Source of the DNA: a virus
Lineage: Duplodnaviria > Caudoviricetes
Length of the DNA: 54,668 nucleotides
Virus record (IMG/VR): IMGVR_UViG_3300048592_000644
Coordinates: 1 to 54,668 of that record
Direction: 5' to 3' (one strand)
Positions 18,553 to 29,084 of this stretch are shown here, piece by piece. The notes under the pieces are model-generated. The model had not been told where the DNA came from, ran no database searches, and was given only the letters and a program-made list of their open reading frames with translations. The stretch's first letter is position 1, and every line of letters begins with the position of its first letter. A program made the position numbers and the translations under genes.

Positions 18553-19068
18553 CTACTTTGGGTGATTAGAATTTACTAATTGCTCTAAACGTTTGTTAAT
18601 TTCCAACGCTTCCCTTAATTGTACTAGATGGTTCATTGTTTGTTGCCCGGTTTTGATTTGCATATCAGCCAACTCCATAAACCTATCCACCATTGTTTTT
18701 AGGCCATCGGCATGGGTGGTTAAGAGACGGGTGTTTTCGGCCTGTAGTGACATTCTTTCTTCCCGCCATGCGGCTTGTAACTGGATAATTCGGTTATCCC
18801 AATTTTGCCGTTCAGTTTTGGCTTCCTCATTGTGCCTATGTTGATTTTGGGCTATTTCTGCCCGAAGCTCTTTTATCTCTAGGATGTGTTCTTTTCTTGC
18901 CGTCCAATAGAGGTATCCGGCCCCGGCCGCCACTACGCCCATAGGCCCCTGTTGGAGGGCGTAGTCTAGCCAAGCAGAGCCGGTGCTTATTTCCTGTAAT
19001 AAGGCACTGGCCCCGGCCGCAAGGGCAACGGAGGTGGGAAGGATGAAGGGGATAAGTGCTAGTTTCAT
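18553..19068 (-). CDS. putative holin-like membrane/coiled-coil protein
   Basis: Hydrophobic N-terminus (QQGPMGVVAAGAGYLYW) and coiled coil; follows the tail genes. Confidence 0.45.
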   Translation of the reverse strand: MKLALIPFILPTSVALAAGASALLQEISTGSAWLDYALQQGPMGVVAAGAGYLYWTARKEHILEIKELRAEIAQNQHRHNEEAKTERQNWDNRIIQLQAAWREERMSLQAENTRLLTTHADGLKTMVDRFMELADMQIKTGQQTMNHLVQLREALEINKRLEQLVNSNHPK

Positions 19069-19082
19069 GTTCTTTTCTCTTT

Positions 19083-20174
19083 TTACAATGCCCAGGCCGA
19101 CGGTACATTTTTATACTCCATGCTTACAGCGTCTTGAGTAGCATCATAAGCTATTTTTTCCAGAAACTGTTGCTCTGGTATGGTTTGGATAGAGCCGAAA
19201 TTTGAATATTCAGCTATTTCTAATCGCCTTGCCCATCTGCCCACATAAAGCGGGGCAAGGTGAGCCGGAATAAAGTCGCCTTGAGGGGTTAATAAATCGC
19301 CTTTTTTAAGCAGTAAATCACTCACACCCCGTTCCGGCTCTTCATAAAATGTTAGGTTACGATAGGGGTCTACCTTAGCCAAATACCTCAACAAATTACT
19401 TGAGCCTAATTCTAACAATGAGGCTGATTGACCTGCTACGGTAGCTTGTAGTTCCTCTAAGCAAGTGCGTGAACCATCACGGTATTGGTTGGTATCTAAG
19501 CCAGAGGCCGGGGTGATGGAAATATTATTAAAATAATCCCCCCCAAATACTGCTATATTGATAATTTGGTCGGACGTTTCTAATAGAGCGGTTGCGCCAT
19601 TCTCATAATAAAATAATCCAAGCGTAAACCACAACCCCTTAGCAATAATGCGGCCCTTCGTTAGCTCACTTACCCCGCTTACACTTGGCTTACGGTACAG
19701 TGGCTTGGCTAATTCAAATAGCCTCAAATCTCTCAGTTGCTCGGCCGCCGTTGCCACCATTTCCCCGGTTGTAATGATGCTTTGTTGCCTTCCATACCGG
19801 GCTACACTATCGCTATCCTCTGCCCATGTGGTGTATAACTCGCCTGTGGGTGTTGTGGCCCCGGCCGGTAGGTTTTTGTACTTTACTCTAATGTCATTCG
19901 CCATGCCCTCTAGGGTGAGGCTATCTTGCCCCACTGCTACCTCAACCACCCGGCCCCACCACACGGCCGTTCTTTGTTGGTTGTAAACCCAAACTAATTC
20001 CCCTAGCTTCTTAAATGTTTCCCACAATGTAGCGGTTGAACCAAAGGTAGAAATCTCACAGTCTACCGGCCCCCCTATTGCGGCATGGGAGTAATGTTCA
20101 GGCACAAAAAGGACGTTTGCGCCTAACTTGCTTGGGTTTAGGTCAAGGTCTTTGAATGAGCATGAGAGCATCAT
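19083..20174 (-). CDS. tail tip/hub protein
   Basis: Second gene after tape measure; VWWGRV, ANDIRVKY, DSDSVARYG motifs typical of siphophage hub proteins. Confidence 0.7.
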   Translation of the reverse strand: MMLSCSFKDLDLNPSKLGANVLFVPEHYSHAAIGGPVDCEISTFGSTATLWETFKKLGELVWVYNQQRTAVWWGRVVEVAVGQDSLTLEGMANDIRVKYKNLPAGATTPTGELYTTWAEDSDSVARYGRQQSIITTGEMVATAAEQLRDLRLFELAKPLYRKPSVSGVSELTKGRIIAKGLWFTLGLFYYENGATALLETSDQIINIAVFGGDYFNNISITPASGLDTNQYRDGSRTCLEELQATVAGQSASLLELGSSNLLRYLAKVDPYRNLTFYEEPERGVSDLLLKKGDLLTPQGDFIPAHLAPLYVGRWARRLEIAEYSNFGSIQTIPEQQFLEKIAYDATQDAVSMEYKNVPSAWAL

Positions 20175-21625
20175 AACGAAAAGTCCAAATAGCGCGGCCG
20201 GTAGTAAGCCCGGACTGTGGCTTGCATAGAAGAAGGGGATGTGTTTACTGAAGTAGATTGTAAGAAAAACAGGTTTTGATTTGCCCCTGGTTTAACATTT
20301 ATTTGGCTTCCCCCGTCAACATAAAAGTTAGAAATCTTTCCCGCCCCCCAACTGGTAAAAATCTCCTCTATCATACGCCCCATATTAACCTCAAGGCGCA
20401 CATTAGTTGATTGGTGAAAAGCATCACTGTAAACCACTCTAAATTCATCACAAGGAATGAGGTACATCACATCTATTGTCTGGGTATAGGGGGCAGTGTC
20501 ATCATAGCTTTGTAAAACAATCTCTATGGGGTGCATCCCTGACACAAAGCTAAGACGGGGGGGGAGTTGAACCATCCCCATATCTAAAATAACCGCTATG
20601 CCTGAATCCCCATACACCTCCTCAGAGGTAAAAATGGTGGTAGTTCCTGCAATTCTTAGTAAGAATCTGAATCTACGGTCGGGGTTAGCCGAAAAAACAC
20701 CTCCCGCACGCCAAAAAAGGCGGAAGTAGGCCCCGGCCGCTAGTGCCAGAGTAGCAGAGTTGAGAGACCAATACCCAACTGTTTGCCAACTACCGGCCGC
20801 TAACCCTGTTGTGGAGGCGAAGATACCATTAGAGTTGCCTGCCACGGCCGATGTGCTAGTAATGCCTGATGCTGATTCGCCTTCATAAGCAGGTGCTACC
20901 CAACCAGGGCAACGATACCCTTTGCCTATCCAATACCGTGCCGTCCGTTGCCCTGCGTCTGTTTTGGTGATATGTAAATCAAGTGGGGCTTCTAGGTCGC
21001 CCAGAATGTCTGTTCCCCGTAGATTGACCACAATATCATTATTATTGTTTGAAATACTTACCCCGCCCGTTTGGTAGTTCCCGCTTGTGGCGGTACTTTT
21101 TAGGGGCAATTCAACCCGGTCGGCGGCCTCAACATAATAAGCCCGTTCATATTCAAACAACACCCCTACCCAACCTTGCCCGGCCGCCCGTTGCCATGTC
21201 CAAGAGCCTTCATCTGGGGTGAAGGTCATATGATAAACCGGGGAGCGAAGCCAACCACTGTCTTCATCCCGCCGAACTTCCACATAATACTCTGCCCCAT
21301 ATCCCCAAAATACCAGTGCCGTTAAATCATCTGCCCATTGTTTAACCTGGTTATACAAGGCTTGCCCACTCTGATTAGCCGTGAACTTAACATGGGTAGT
21401 ATCCATTACATTCTCATAGGTGAGATTATAAGGTAGGTTGCCATGCCTAAAGCTGGTTTTCAAACTCTGAATATTCAAACGTGGGGCAAGAGGCGTTTTT
21501 TCATCCTGAATAACGAACTCCCCAAATAGGTTGATATATTCAAAAGAGGTATTACCCGCCAATCGGCGGGATAACCTCATTTGTGTCTTATTGATAGTGC
21601 GGTAATTTTGGCTATTTTGTGACAT
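20171..21625 (-). CDS. distal tail protein
   Basis: Immediately downstream of tape measure; GDLEAP, VKPGAN and terminal YRPRY motifs. Confidence 0.65.
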   Translation of the reverse strand: MSQNSQNYRTINKTQMRLSRRLAGNTSFEYINLFGEFVIQDEKTPLAPRLNIQSLKTSFRHGNLPYNLTYENVMDTTHVKFTANQSGQALYNQVKQWADDLTALVFWGYGAEYYVEVRRDEDSGWLRSPVYHMTFTPDEGSWTWQRAAGQGWVGVLFEYERAYYVEAADRVELPLKSTATSGNYQTGGVSISNNNNDIVVNLRGTDILGDLEAPLDLHITKTDAGQRTARYWIGKGYRCPGWVAPAYEGESASGITSTSAVAGNSNGIFASTTGLAAGSWQTVGYWSLNSATLALAAGAYFRLFWRAGGVFSANPDRRFRFLLRIAGTTTIFTSEEVYGDSGIAVILDMGMVQLPPRLSFVSGMHPIEIVLQSYDDTAPYTQTIDVMYLIPCDEFRVVYSDAFHQSTNVRLEVNMGRMIEEIFTSWGAGKISNFYVDGGSQINVKPGANQNLFFLQSTSVNTSPSSMQATVRAYYRPRYLDFSL

Positions 21626-21645
21626 AAGTACCTTGAATATTCAAG

Positions 21646-24600
21646 CTATCCGCTAAACCGTCTACGTTGAATAACATCGGCTATTTTTTCGGCAAAGGCT
21701 TCTATGTCGCCTCTTGTGGCTGTTTGTAGCAAAGAAGCGGCCTGTTGTCCCTCTATGATAACACTGACTGATGACGGCCGTGCCAAAAACTCTTTAAGTA
21801 GGTTGATTATTTGTTGCATTTGCGGGTCGTTACTACCGGCCGGTGCATTAGTTGTAGAGCGAGTGCCAGACATTCCCGCCACAGTATCCCCGGCCGGAGG
21901 GCGATTAGCATTAGAGGTTGAGGCACTAGCGGCCCCGGCCGGACGGTCGGCCGCTGTACTGGCGTTGCCTTGTCCACTGGAACTGCTACCACCGCTACCA
22001 GAGTTACCGCCGGGGGTATCTTTGTCTTGCTTATTACCTCCCTCTTTTGCGGCATCCTCAGCTAAACCCATAGCATCTGAGACAGCGTTGATAAACCCTG
22101 CTACCCCGGCTACAAAACCATCTCTAATGCCGTTAATTAACTCAGTCCCAACCGTCACGAATTGAGACACAAAGCCTTTGATGGTGTTGATAACCTCAGT
22201 CATTTTGTCGCTAACAGCCGTGATGATAAACCCAAATTTATCATTAACTGCTAAGGCCATTTCATCATATAGGCCAGTCCATATGCCTAATATTTCCGTG
22301 ACTTTATCCATTAAGGCAGTTTTTAGTTCATCTATTTTAGTGCTAACTGCCGTTTTGACTTCCTCAAATTTGTCTACGGCATCATTGTAAATAGAGAGCA
22401 ACTTGCCTAACCAGTAGACCCCAAATTCATTCCATAGCAGTTTAATGGCCTCAACCATTAAAGCTACCTTTTCTGCCACAGTGGTTTTAATGGCCTCCCA
22501 CTTCTCCACCGCTTTATCTTTAATACTGGTAAACCATTCGACGGCCGCATCATACATTTTGGATACCCAAAGAACTACAGCATCGTAAATGGATTTAGCC
22601 GCATCATAGATAGAGGTTTTTATCTCCTCCCAAGTTTTAGCCGAATCGCCTTCTAACCCTAGAAGGTAGTTAATTGCGGCTGTAGCGGCCCCAGAGATAA
22701 AGCCAGTTATTGCCCCATAGATAGCACTGAACACCCCGCTAACGATATTCCACATACCATTCAGTACCATCCAAAAGCCTTCTTTCATGGCCTCCATTTT
22801 CTGTTGGGCTTCATCCGTTCCCCAATTGCCCGTAAAAATGTCAATGATTAAGCCAAAGGCGTTTTTGACCATTTTAACTAGCCCGGCAAATATCTCTAGT
22901 ATGCCTCGGATAGCTTGGGCAATACCTGGCAAAGCGGCTGTTATCCCTCGGATAAGTCCACCAATAACCGTTACTAAAATAACGGCTATGGCCCGTAGAG
23001 CGGTTGAAACAATGGCTGACATGCCATCAAAAGCATCAGCAAATAAACTGGAAAGAGGGTCTAACATCAAACCTATTTCTGTGAAAGCGGCCTCAAGGTC
23101 GGGTAAAGCATCCTCTATAACCGGGGAGAGAGCGTTAGCCATGCCTTGACCAATATCTGTAATGGTATCCCATAGCCGTTTAGCGGCTTTCTCCACCATG
23201 TCAAACCGCTCTTGTAGTTTCTCAACATCTACCCCTGTGGCCTTGCCCAGGATAATGGCAATATCAATTTCCCCATTCTCATTGCGGAAGTTGTCTAATA
23301 TCTCTTGCCATTTGCCTTTCCCTTCATCTAATCCCTCTGTGATTTGCTCCCAGAAAGATTTACCCTCCATGCCTTTACCAGCGTTCTTTAGTTTCTCGAC
23401 GGCTTCATCTATGCCTGTTGTGAGAGCCTTGAGAGCCGCTTTACCGGCCCCGCCAACCTTTTTGGCAAACTCCTCACCCGCCTTATTCATTTCTTCTAAT
23501 ATTTTTAATTGTTCGGCAAGCAAATCTCTTGTTTCGGTAGCAACATTAAGGCGTTCCTTGAAAATATCAAGCTCATCTTGGGCTTGACTGCTTTCCTGTT
23601 CAGCCATTTGTAATTGCTGTTCGGCGGCCGCTTTTTCGTTTTGGGCGGCCCGGATTTGTTGGCGCATTTGTTCAGACATTTTGCCTTTGCGCCCACCCCC
23701 GGCCGTTTCTTTGGCCCCGGCCAATTGAATTGCCGTGAGCTTCTCTGAGGCACTAGCTACCGCCTCTTGTGCCTTTTTGACCCGCTCTTGTGCCTCTGCT
23801 TGCTTTAGGTACAGTTCGGCTAACCGCGCTACTTCCTCACCAGCTACCCCGGCCGTGTTTTTAATCTGTTCAAAAAACTCAGGGGAAACACTACCTGTTT
23901 GGTTGATTTGTTCAATGGCATTAGCCATCGTATCCCGTAAGGACATCAGTGCTTTATTTGCATCTAATTCACCTATTTGGTCTAAATCAACGGCGGTTTT
24001 GAGTAGCTTTTCAATGTCGCTCCCAAAGTTTTGTAATGTTTGGAAGTCGGCTTTTTCCCAACCTTGCAAATAAACATCGGCCGCACCTTTACCCCACAGG
24101 TCGAGGTTCGGCAAAATGCGGGGTGGGGAGTTGGGTTGTAACCAGTAAGTCATTATAGAGCCAAGATATTGCAAGGCTTCTACAACTACCCCAACCGCAC
24201 TGGTGATGCCGTCGGCAAATACCGTTACTAAATCGCTCCCGTAGGATGCTACCGATTCGACGGCCCCGGCAAACATACCCACAATAACCCCTAAGTTCCC
24301 GCCAAAGGTGGTTTGTAGTGAGCCAAACTGTTGACCGATATTGTTCACCATATCTTCTATGGCTATTTGCACCCGCTCAAAGTCGCTAATCAGCGCATAA
24401 AGAGCGGCCCCGGCCGCTAGGAAGGCAATTACCACAGGCCCGGAGAATACCCCGGCTAAGGCAGTTAACCCGCCTATGGCGGTAGAGAGCATGGTCATTA
24501 ACCCGCCCAAGCCTATCAATAGAGGCCCTATAGCGGCCGCAATGCCCAGGAAGATAAAACCCATTTTAGCCAGTTCGGGATTGGTTTTAACAAAGTCGGT

Positions 24601-26268
24601 TATACGGTTACGAATCCCCTCTAAAACCTCAATTGCCCCGGCAAGTTTGCCTTTGAGGTCAAATGTTTCAATGAGGGATGCACCAATATCTCCCAAAGCT
24701 AATTCAATGTTGTCTTTTAGGGTACTGAACAAACCAGACAACGTTTTAGATTGAGCCTCCATTAACCCGGCAAAGCGGCCACCCTCACCTGTCAGATTCT
24801 TAATAACCTGTTGTAAATCGCTGAAGTGCAACTGCCCATTTTCAGCCATTTTCTTGACTTGCGCCTCAGTCACCCCGTACATTTTGGCGAGTTCAGTAAA
24901 GATGGGGATGCCTCGGTTAGCCAACTCCATTAAATCCATTGTGTATAGAGTTTGTGATGCCCTGGCCTTCCCATATAACAAGGCTAATTCTTTGAGGGGT
25001 GCGCCCGTACCGGCCGCAATATCCCCTAAGCCCCGCATTTCATCAAACACTCCCTCTTGAGTGCTACCAAAAGCAATTAAAATCTTAGTGGCCTCTTGAA
25101 TGTCTGAGAATTGGAAAGGAGTAGCGGCCGAAAAAGATTTAATATCCTCAATCAAAACTTTGGCTTTTTCCGCACTCCCTAACATGGTGGCAAAAGCCAC
25201 TTCTAGTTGCTCGAAGTTAGCGGCCGTCGAAATCGCCGCTCCCCCGGCCAATGTGATAGGGGCGGTAACAAGCATAGAAAGTTGTCCACCAATTGACTGC
25301 ATGGTAGACCCGGCACTTTCCAGCTTAGATTTAAGTGCATCTAGTTTTTGGGACAGACTGGCTACTTGTGCCTCTGCCCCAGATGTATCAACCCCTAACC
25401 GCCCGTTTTTGTCTAGGGGGATGTTTTTAACCTTTTTGCCTAACCTATCAACGCTTTCTTCGGCCCCGGCCGTTTCAGCGTCTACCTTTGTTTTTTTGCG
25501 CCCTTTGGTTGTTTTCTCAATCTTTTGCTCTAAACCGTCTACTTTGGTTTCGGCTTCGGTTGTATCTACTTCTACTTTCGGTTTGCGCCCACGCTTTTTA
25601 CCAACTTTCTCAACAGCCTGTTCTAATTGTTCGGTTTGCTGTTGGGCTTTAGAAGTATCAATATCTATCTTTGGCTTATTAGCCTCAAGGGTTTGGTCTA
25701 ACTTCTCCCCTTGCTGTTCTAAGGCTTTTAACTTTTCTTGTGCTTTGAGGGTATCAATTTCTACCGAATCAGAAAACGCAAATGCCCCTTGCTGTTGCAA
25801 TGCTTGTATTTGCTGTTGGGCTTGAGAGGTATCTAAGGAGACAGGTTCAAAGTTAAAGGTAAGTTGTTTGGCGGCTAACTCATTTAACTTTTGCTCTAGT
25901 TGAGTGACTTGAGAAATGGCCTCTGTGGTGTCAACTTCTACTTTGGCTTTACGGGAACGCCCTTTTTTGGCGGGTGTTTCACCATCGGCCGTGGGCATCC
26001 CTTCCCCGGCCGGTGCAGGTGCTTTGGCTGTCCGTGTTTTTTGGTTGGCACGGTTTAAGGCTTCTGTGGCTTTGGTAAGCTGGTTTATTTGGGCTTGTAT
26101 TTTAGACGAATCAAAACCACCCTGTTCAAGAGAAGATAGGGTGTTCTCTAAATTCTTTAAGTGGTTATCTAATTTATCAAGAGCCTTTTTTGCCCCTTCT
26201 ATCCCCCGTTCAAAGGGAGAGTAGTCGAGGGCAATAATGCCGTAAGCAGAGCCAACATTAACAGCCAT
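21646..26268 (-). CDS. tail tape measure protein
   Basis: 1540 aa; MAVNVGSAYGIIALD start; tape-measure domain (AATPFQ, LANRGIPI, QSKTLSGLFSTLKDN); periodic Trp repeats. Confidence 0.95.
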   Translation of the reverse strand: MAVNVGSAYGIIALDYSPFERGIEGAKKALDKLDNHLKNLENTLSSLEQGGFDSSKIQAQINQLTKATEALNRANQKTRTAKAPAPAGEGMPTADGETPAKKGRSRKAKVEVDTTEAISQVTQLEQKLNELAAKQLTFNFEPVSLDTSQAQQQIQALQQQGAFAFSDSVEIDTLKAQEKLKALEQQGEKLDQTLEANKPKIDIDTSKAQQQTEQLEQAVEKVGKKRGRKPKVEVDTTEAETKVDGLEQKIEKTTKGRKKTKVDAETAGAEESVDRLGKKVKNIPLDKNGRLGVDTSGAEAQVASLSQKLDALKSKLESAGSTMQSIGGQLSMLVTAPITLAGGAAISTAANFEQLEVAFATMLGSAEKAKVLIEDIKSFSAATPFQFSDIQEATKILIAFGSTQEGVFDEMRGLGDIAAGTGAPLKELALLYGKARASQTLYTMDLMELANRGIPIFTELAKMYGVTEAQVKKMAENGQLHFSDLQQVIKNLTGEGGRFAGLMEAQSKTLSGLFSTLKDNIELALGDIGASLIETFDLKGKLAGAIEVLEGIRNRITDFVKTNPELAKMGFIFLGIAAAIGPLLIGLGGLMTMLSTAIGGLTALAGVFSGPVVIAFLAAGAALYALISDFERVQIAIEDMVNNIGQQFGSLQTTFGGNLGVIVGMFAGAVESVASYGSDLVTVFADGITSAVGVVVEALQYLGSIMTYWLQPNSPPRILPNLDLWGKGAADVYLQGWEKADFQTLQNFGSDIEKLLKTAVDLDQIGELDANKALMSLRDTMANAIEQINQTGSVSPEFFEQIKNTAGVAGEEVARLAELYLKQAEAQERVKKAQEAVASASEKLTAIQLAGAKETAGGGRKGKMSEQMRQQIRAAQNEKAAAEQQLQMAEQESSQAQDELDIFKERLNVATETRDLLAEQLKILEEMNKAGEEFAKKVGGAGKAALKALTTGIDEAVEKLKNAGKGMEGKSFWEQITEGLDEGKGKWQEILDNFRNENGEIDIAIILGKATGVDVEKLQERFDMVEKAAKRLWDTITDIGQGMANALSPVIEDALPDLEAAFTEIGLMLDPLSSLFADAFDGMSAIVSTALRAIAVILVTVIGGLIRGITAALPGIAQAIRGILEIFAGLVKMVKNAFGLIIDIFTGNWGTDEAQQKMEAMKEGFWMVLNGMWNIVSGVFSAIYGAITGFISGAATAAINYLLGLEGDSAKTWEEIKTSIYDAAKSIYDAVVLWVSKMYDAAVEWFTSIKDKAVEKWEAIKTTVAEKVALMVEAIKLLWNEFGVYWLGKLLSIYNDAVDKFEEVKTAVSTKIDELKTALMDKVTEILGIWTGLYDEMALAVNDKFGFIITAVSDKMTEVINTIKGFVSQFVTVGTELINGIRDGFVAGVAGFINAVSDAMGLAEDAAKEGGNKQDKDTPGGNSGSGGSSSSGQGNASTAADRPAGAASASTSNANRPPAGDTVAGMSGTRSTTNAPAGSNDPQMQQIINLLKEFLARPSSVSVIIEGQQAASLLQTATRGDIEAFAEKIADVIQRRRFSG

Positions 26269-26288
26269 TGCCGCACTCCTGGGTTAGT

Positions 26289-27479
26289 TTATAAACCCCA
26301 TTTATCCATTAGTTGGGTAGACAGGGTAGTTACAGTATCATCGGACAACGCGCCGCTAAAAACTAAAATCTCTGACACATCCATATCCATTAACCCACCA
26401 CCAATATAGGAAGTTGCCAGTATTAAACCGTGCATCTGTTGGGCTGGAACGGGGAGGGAGAGGTAATTGGTGGTGTTTTGTAATACCCCATTTCTGAACC
26501 TTTTGGCATTATCATTGCCAATTACAAAGGCCCATACTCGGTTAGTCCCCGTATCATTGCCCACACTTACCGCCCCCATAGACAGCGTTTGTGTGCCAAT
26601 GGTCATTTGCCATGTTCCCCCATCAAATCTTGCGGCAATGCGGGATGTATCGGCCGTGGCAAAGAACGCCCCAGGGGAATCAAAAATGTACCTCACCCCG
26701 GCCGGGGAATTAAAAGAAGCTACCATAATTACAGTAAGCGGCCGGTTGATAATTGGCCCCGTCCCAACTCCACCAGTGCTTAAATTGTCATCTGCCCCAT
26801 CAAAAGAAATATGGGGCAACGTTGTAATGGTTGATTGGGTGAATGTCGGCCGGGCGGCGTTTGTGGCCTGATTAAGATTGTGTTGCCCATTTCCTAAATC
26901 TCGCCATGAACTAACGGCTTGGCCGGTATCAAAGGTGTCAATTTCCGCTATTGCAGAGTAAGACAAAACAGGGGCAAGGGGCAAAGGGGATGGGTTAATT
27001 GCCTGACTACTTGTGTGGGTTACAAGTTCCGCTTGTCTGGCAATCCCGCCACCTGACAAAATATAAAATTCATCTTGTGACATTTGTCCGGCAATGTCAC
27101 CCACCAAAACAGCATTGACCAATCGGAGGTGCATATCTCCCCGGCCGTCTGAGGCAATGGCTTGACCTATGATGGTAAATTGCGGGAAGTAGTCACCACT
27201 CCCCATAGTCAATATTTGGCTAGTACCAACACCCTCAGACACTTCTAAAAGTTCCCGGCCGGTCATAATGGCATAGGCTTCTAGGGAGATTGACCCTTCC
27301 TCAAAGCTGAAATTAAAGCCTGTTGTTTGGGTAAATGCCCCTAGAAGTTGCCCACTAGCTCTTACCTCTTTGGTTTCCGTAGTTTCTTGGATAGACAACA
27401 TAGCCCCGCACATATCAGCGCGGCGGCCGGTGTTATCCACTACAGTTAAAGCACGGAGACCAAAAGGTTTAAGAGACAT
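26289..27479 (-). CDS. tail-tube-like N-terminal domain + LamG/ConA-like domain
   Basis: KPFGLR N-terminus shared with 27926 and 33121 genes; VSSWRDL..QATNAARP..FDGADD..SEILVFSGALS. Confidence 0.65.
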   Translation of the reverse strand: MSLKPFGLRALTVVDNTGRRADMCGAMLSIQETTETKEVRASGQLLGAFTQTTGFNFSFEEGSISLEAYAIMTGRELLEVSEGVGTSQILTMGSGDYFPQFTIIGQAIASDGRGDMHLRLVNAVLVGDIAGQMSQDEFYILSGGGIARQAELVTHTSSQAINPSPLPLAPVLSYSAIAEIDTFDTGQAVSSWRDLGNGQHNLNQATNAARPTFTQSTITTLPHISFDGADDNLSTGGVGTGPIINRPLTVIMVASFNSPAGVRYIFDSPGAFFATADTSRIAARFDGGTWQMTIGTQTLSMGAVSVGNDTGTNRVWAFVIGNDNAKRFRNGVLQNTTNYLSLPVPAQQMHGLILATSYIGGGLMDMDVSEILVFSGALSDDTVTTLSTQLMDKWGL

Positions 27480-27481
27480 AT

Positions 27482-27865
27482 TTACTCCATTCCTTCTAAA
27501 TCGGCATCGCTTTCGTCGTATTCATCGTTAAGATGAACATGGACATGGACTTCTAAGGCACTTTTGACAACATCTACGCCCTTTTTGGCGTTAGTAGGGG
27601 TTGTCCGGGGCGCATCTTCTAAAGTTTGTTTGTACGGGTTACGGGGTTGGCTGTTCTCCCCAAAGCAGGTAAACCCCGCTCCCAGTGCCATCGCAGTAGC
27701 GGCAAACCAAACCACCTGTGCGGCAAATTCGGCCGGTACGTCAATGCCAAACCGCTTATCTAAGGTGAATTGATAACTGTCAGTCTTGCTGATATATGTA
27801 CCAGTCAGTCCGGGGACTTCGCAGTTATCGCAAACAACTTGTCCGTTTTGTTGTAAGGTGAACAT
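27482..27865 (-). CDS. hypothetical protein
   Basis: 127-aa ORF with GAGGG RBS. Confidence 0.6.
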   Translation of the reverse strand: MFTLQQNGQVVCDNCEVPGLTGTYISKTDSYQFTLDKRFGIDVPAEFAAQVVWFAATAMALGAGFTCFGENSQPRNPYKQTLEDAPRTTPTNAKKGVDVVKSALEVHVHVHLNDEYDESDADLEGME

Positions 27866-27882
27866 CTTTTCCCTCTTTCTAT

Positions 27883-27909
27883 AAAAAAGTGGGAGGCTTT
27901 TGGCCTCCC
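27883..27909 (-). terminator. intrinsic terminator
   Basis: Minus strand GGGAGGC-CAAAA-GCCTCCC-ACTTTTTT after gene 27926-29050. Confidence 0.75.
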
Positions 27910-27925
27910 TTCCTTCACAGTTGGG

Positions 27926-29050
27926 TTAGACAATACCCCATTTATCCATCAGTTGTGCGCCTAACAATTGAGCCTCAGCCAGACTTAACGCCCGGCCGAT
28001 GATACGCACTTCGCTAAGGTTCATTTCTACCACGCCCAGGGTAAGGGCGGTTAAGTCACCAGCCATCGTTGCCCCAGAGGTGTCTACCTCATTGTCAAAC
28101 AAAATGTAACTGGTTGCCCCATTACTGATAACAGTAAGCAACTTCCAGTCAGCTACCGTTTCAGAGCCAGTTTGGGCTACGGTATCTACGGTCACTTCCC
28201 CGGTTGTACCCACCTCTACCTCAAAAGTAGCGGCTAACAAGTTTCCTGCTAAAGCGGGAGCTTGGGCTTCTACTACTAAAAAGAGGGTAAAGGGTGCATC
28301 CTGAGCCACCCCTGCGGCTGTTACAGCATCCCCGGCCCCGTCAAAAACGAAGGTTGGGTAAGAGCCGTTAAAGCCGTTGGCGGAATAGAGGGGTTGGTTG
28401 GCGAGTGTGCCTTGAATAGCATCCCAACCATTGGCTGACAGGTCAAAAATAGTTGGTACGGGGTCGCCATCGGTGTAGCTATCGGTGCAGGATTGCGCGT
28501 CAAGCCAAAAGATAGGCAGAAATGCTTCGGGGGCCGGTGTGTTGGTCGGCTCTACTACCGCATCATGTTGTACCCATTCAAACAGGTTTCCATCGCGGCC
28601 TTCTGCTACCCCAGACCAAGAGAATGTAGAAAACTCGTCCTGGTTAGCAGAAAACTCATTGGATTCAACTCTTACGCCAAAAATCCGTAGATGCAGGTCT
28701 GCATCGCCGTTTTGCCCCACAACTTTGCCAACAAAGTCAAAGCGGGGCATTAAGTGGCCTTCAGGGATAATGGTTGATTTAGATGCAACGGGACTGCCGT
28801 CTACAATCAAGTTGTGGTTGATTGGTTCAATGCCATACAAAACCCGCATTTCTTCTGGGCTGTACCCATGTTCCTCTGCGGCAACAGTAATGGTATTGAG
28901 GCGTGTAGCAGAGGTCGTGCGGTCGTTGCACTTACTTTCTGTCCGTGTAAAGTTCATGGTCAGGGTAAGTGAGACAGAACACGGCACAGCTACCCCATCA
29001 CAGTCAATCAGGTGTGTTACCCTGAGACCAAACGTTTTTAGGTTACTCAT
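27926..29050 (-). CDS. tail-tube-like N-terminal domain + LamG/ConA-like domain (candidate major tail protein)
   Basis: KTFGLR start; FWLDA..DLSANG..FDGAGD; shares the C-terminal QLMDKWG with 26289-27479; GGAGG RBS and downstream terminator. Confidence 0.65.
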   Translation of the reverse strand: MSNLKTFGLRVTHLIDCDGVAVPCSVSLTLTMNFTRTESKCNDRTTSATRLNTITVAAEEHGYSPEEMRVLYGIEPINHNLIVDGSPVASKSTIIPEGHLMPRFDFVGKVVGQNGDADLHLRIFGVRVESNEFSANQDEFSTFSWSGVAEGRDGNLFEWVQHDAVVEPTNTPAPEAFLPIFWLDAQSCTDSYTDGDPVPTIFDLSANGWDAIQGTLANQPLYSANGFNGSYPTFVFDGAGDAVTAAGVAQDAPFTLFLVVEAQAPALAGNLLAATFEVEVGTTGEVTVDTVAQTGSETVADWKLLTVISNGATSYILFDNEVDTSGATMAGDLTALTLGVVEMNLSEVRIIGRALSLAEAQLLGAQLMDKWGIV

Positions 29051-29084
29051 TGGTGGTGTTCCTCCATAAATGGCCGCACGTTAT

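Noticed and set aside
21704-26224. Numerous plus-strand ORFs opposite the tape measure and other structural genes
   Set aside because: Antisense shadows of long minus-strand genes, with no RBS or recognisable motifs
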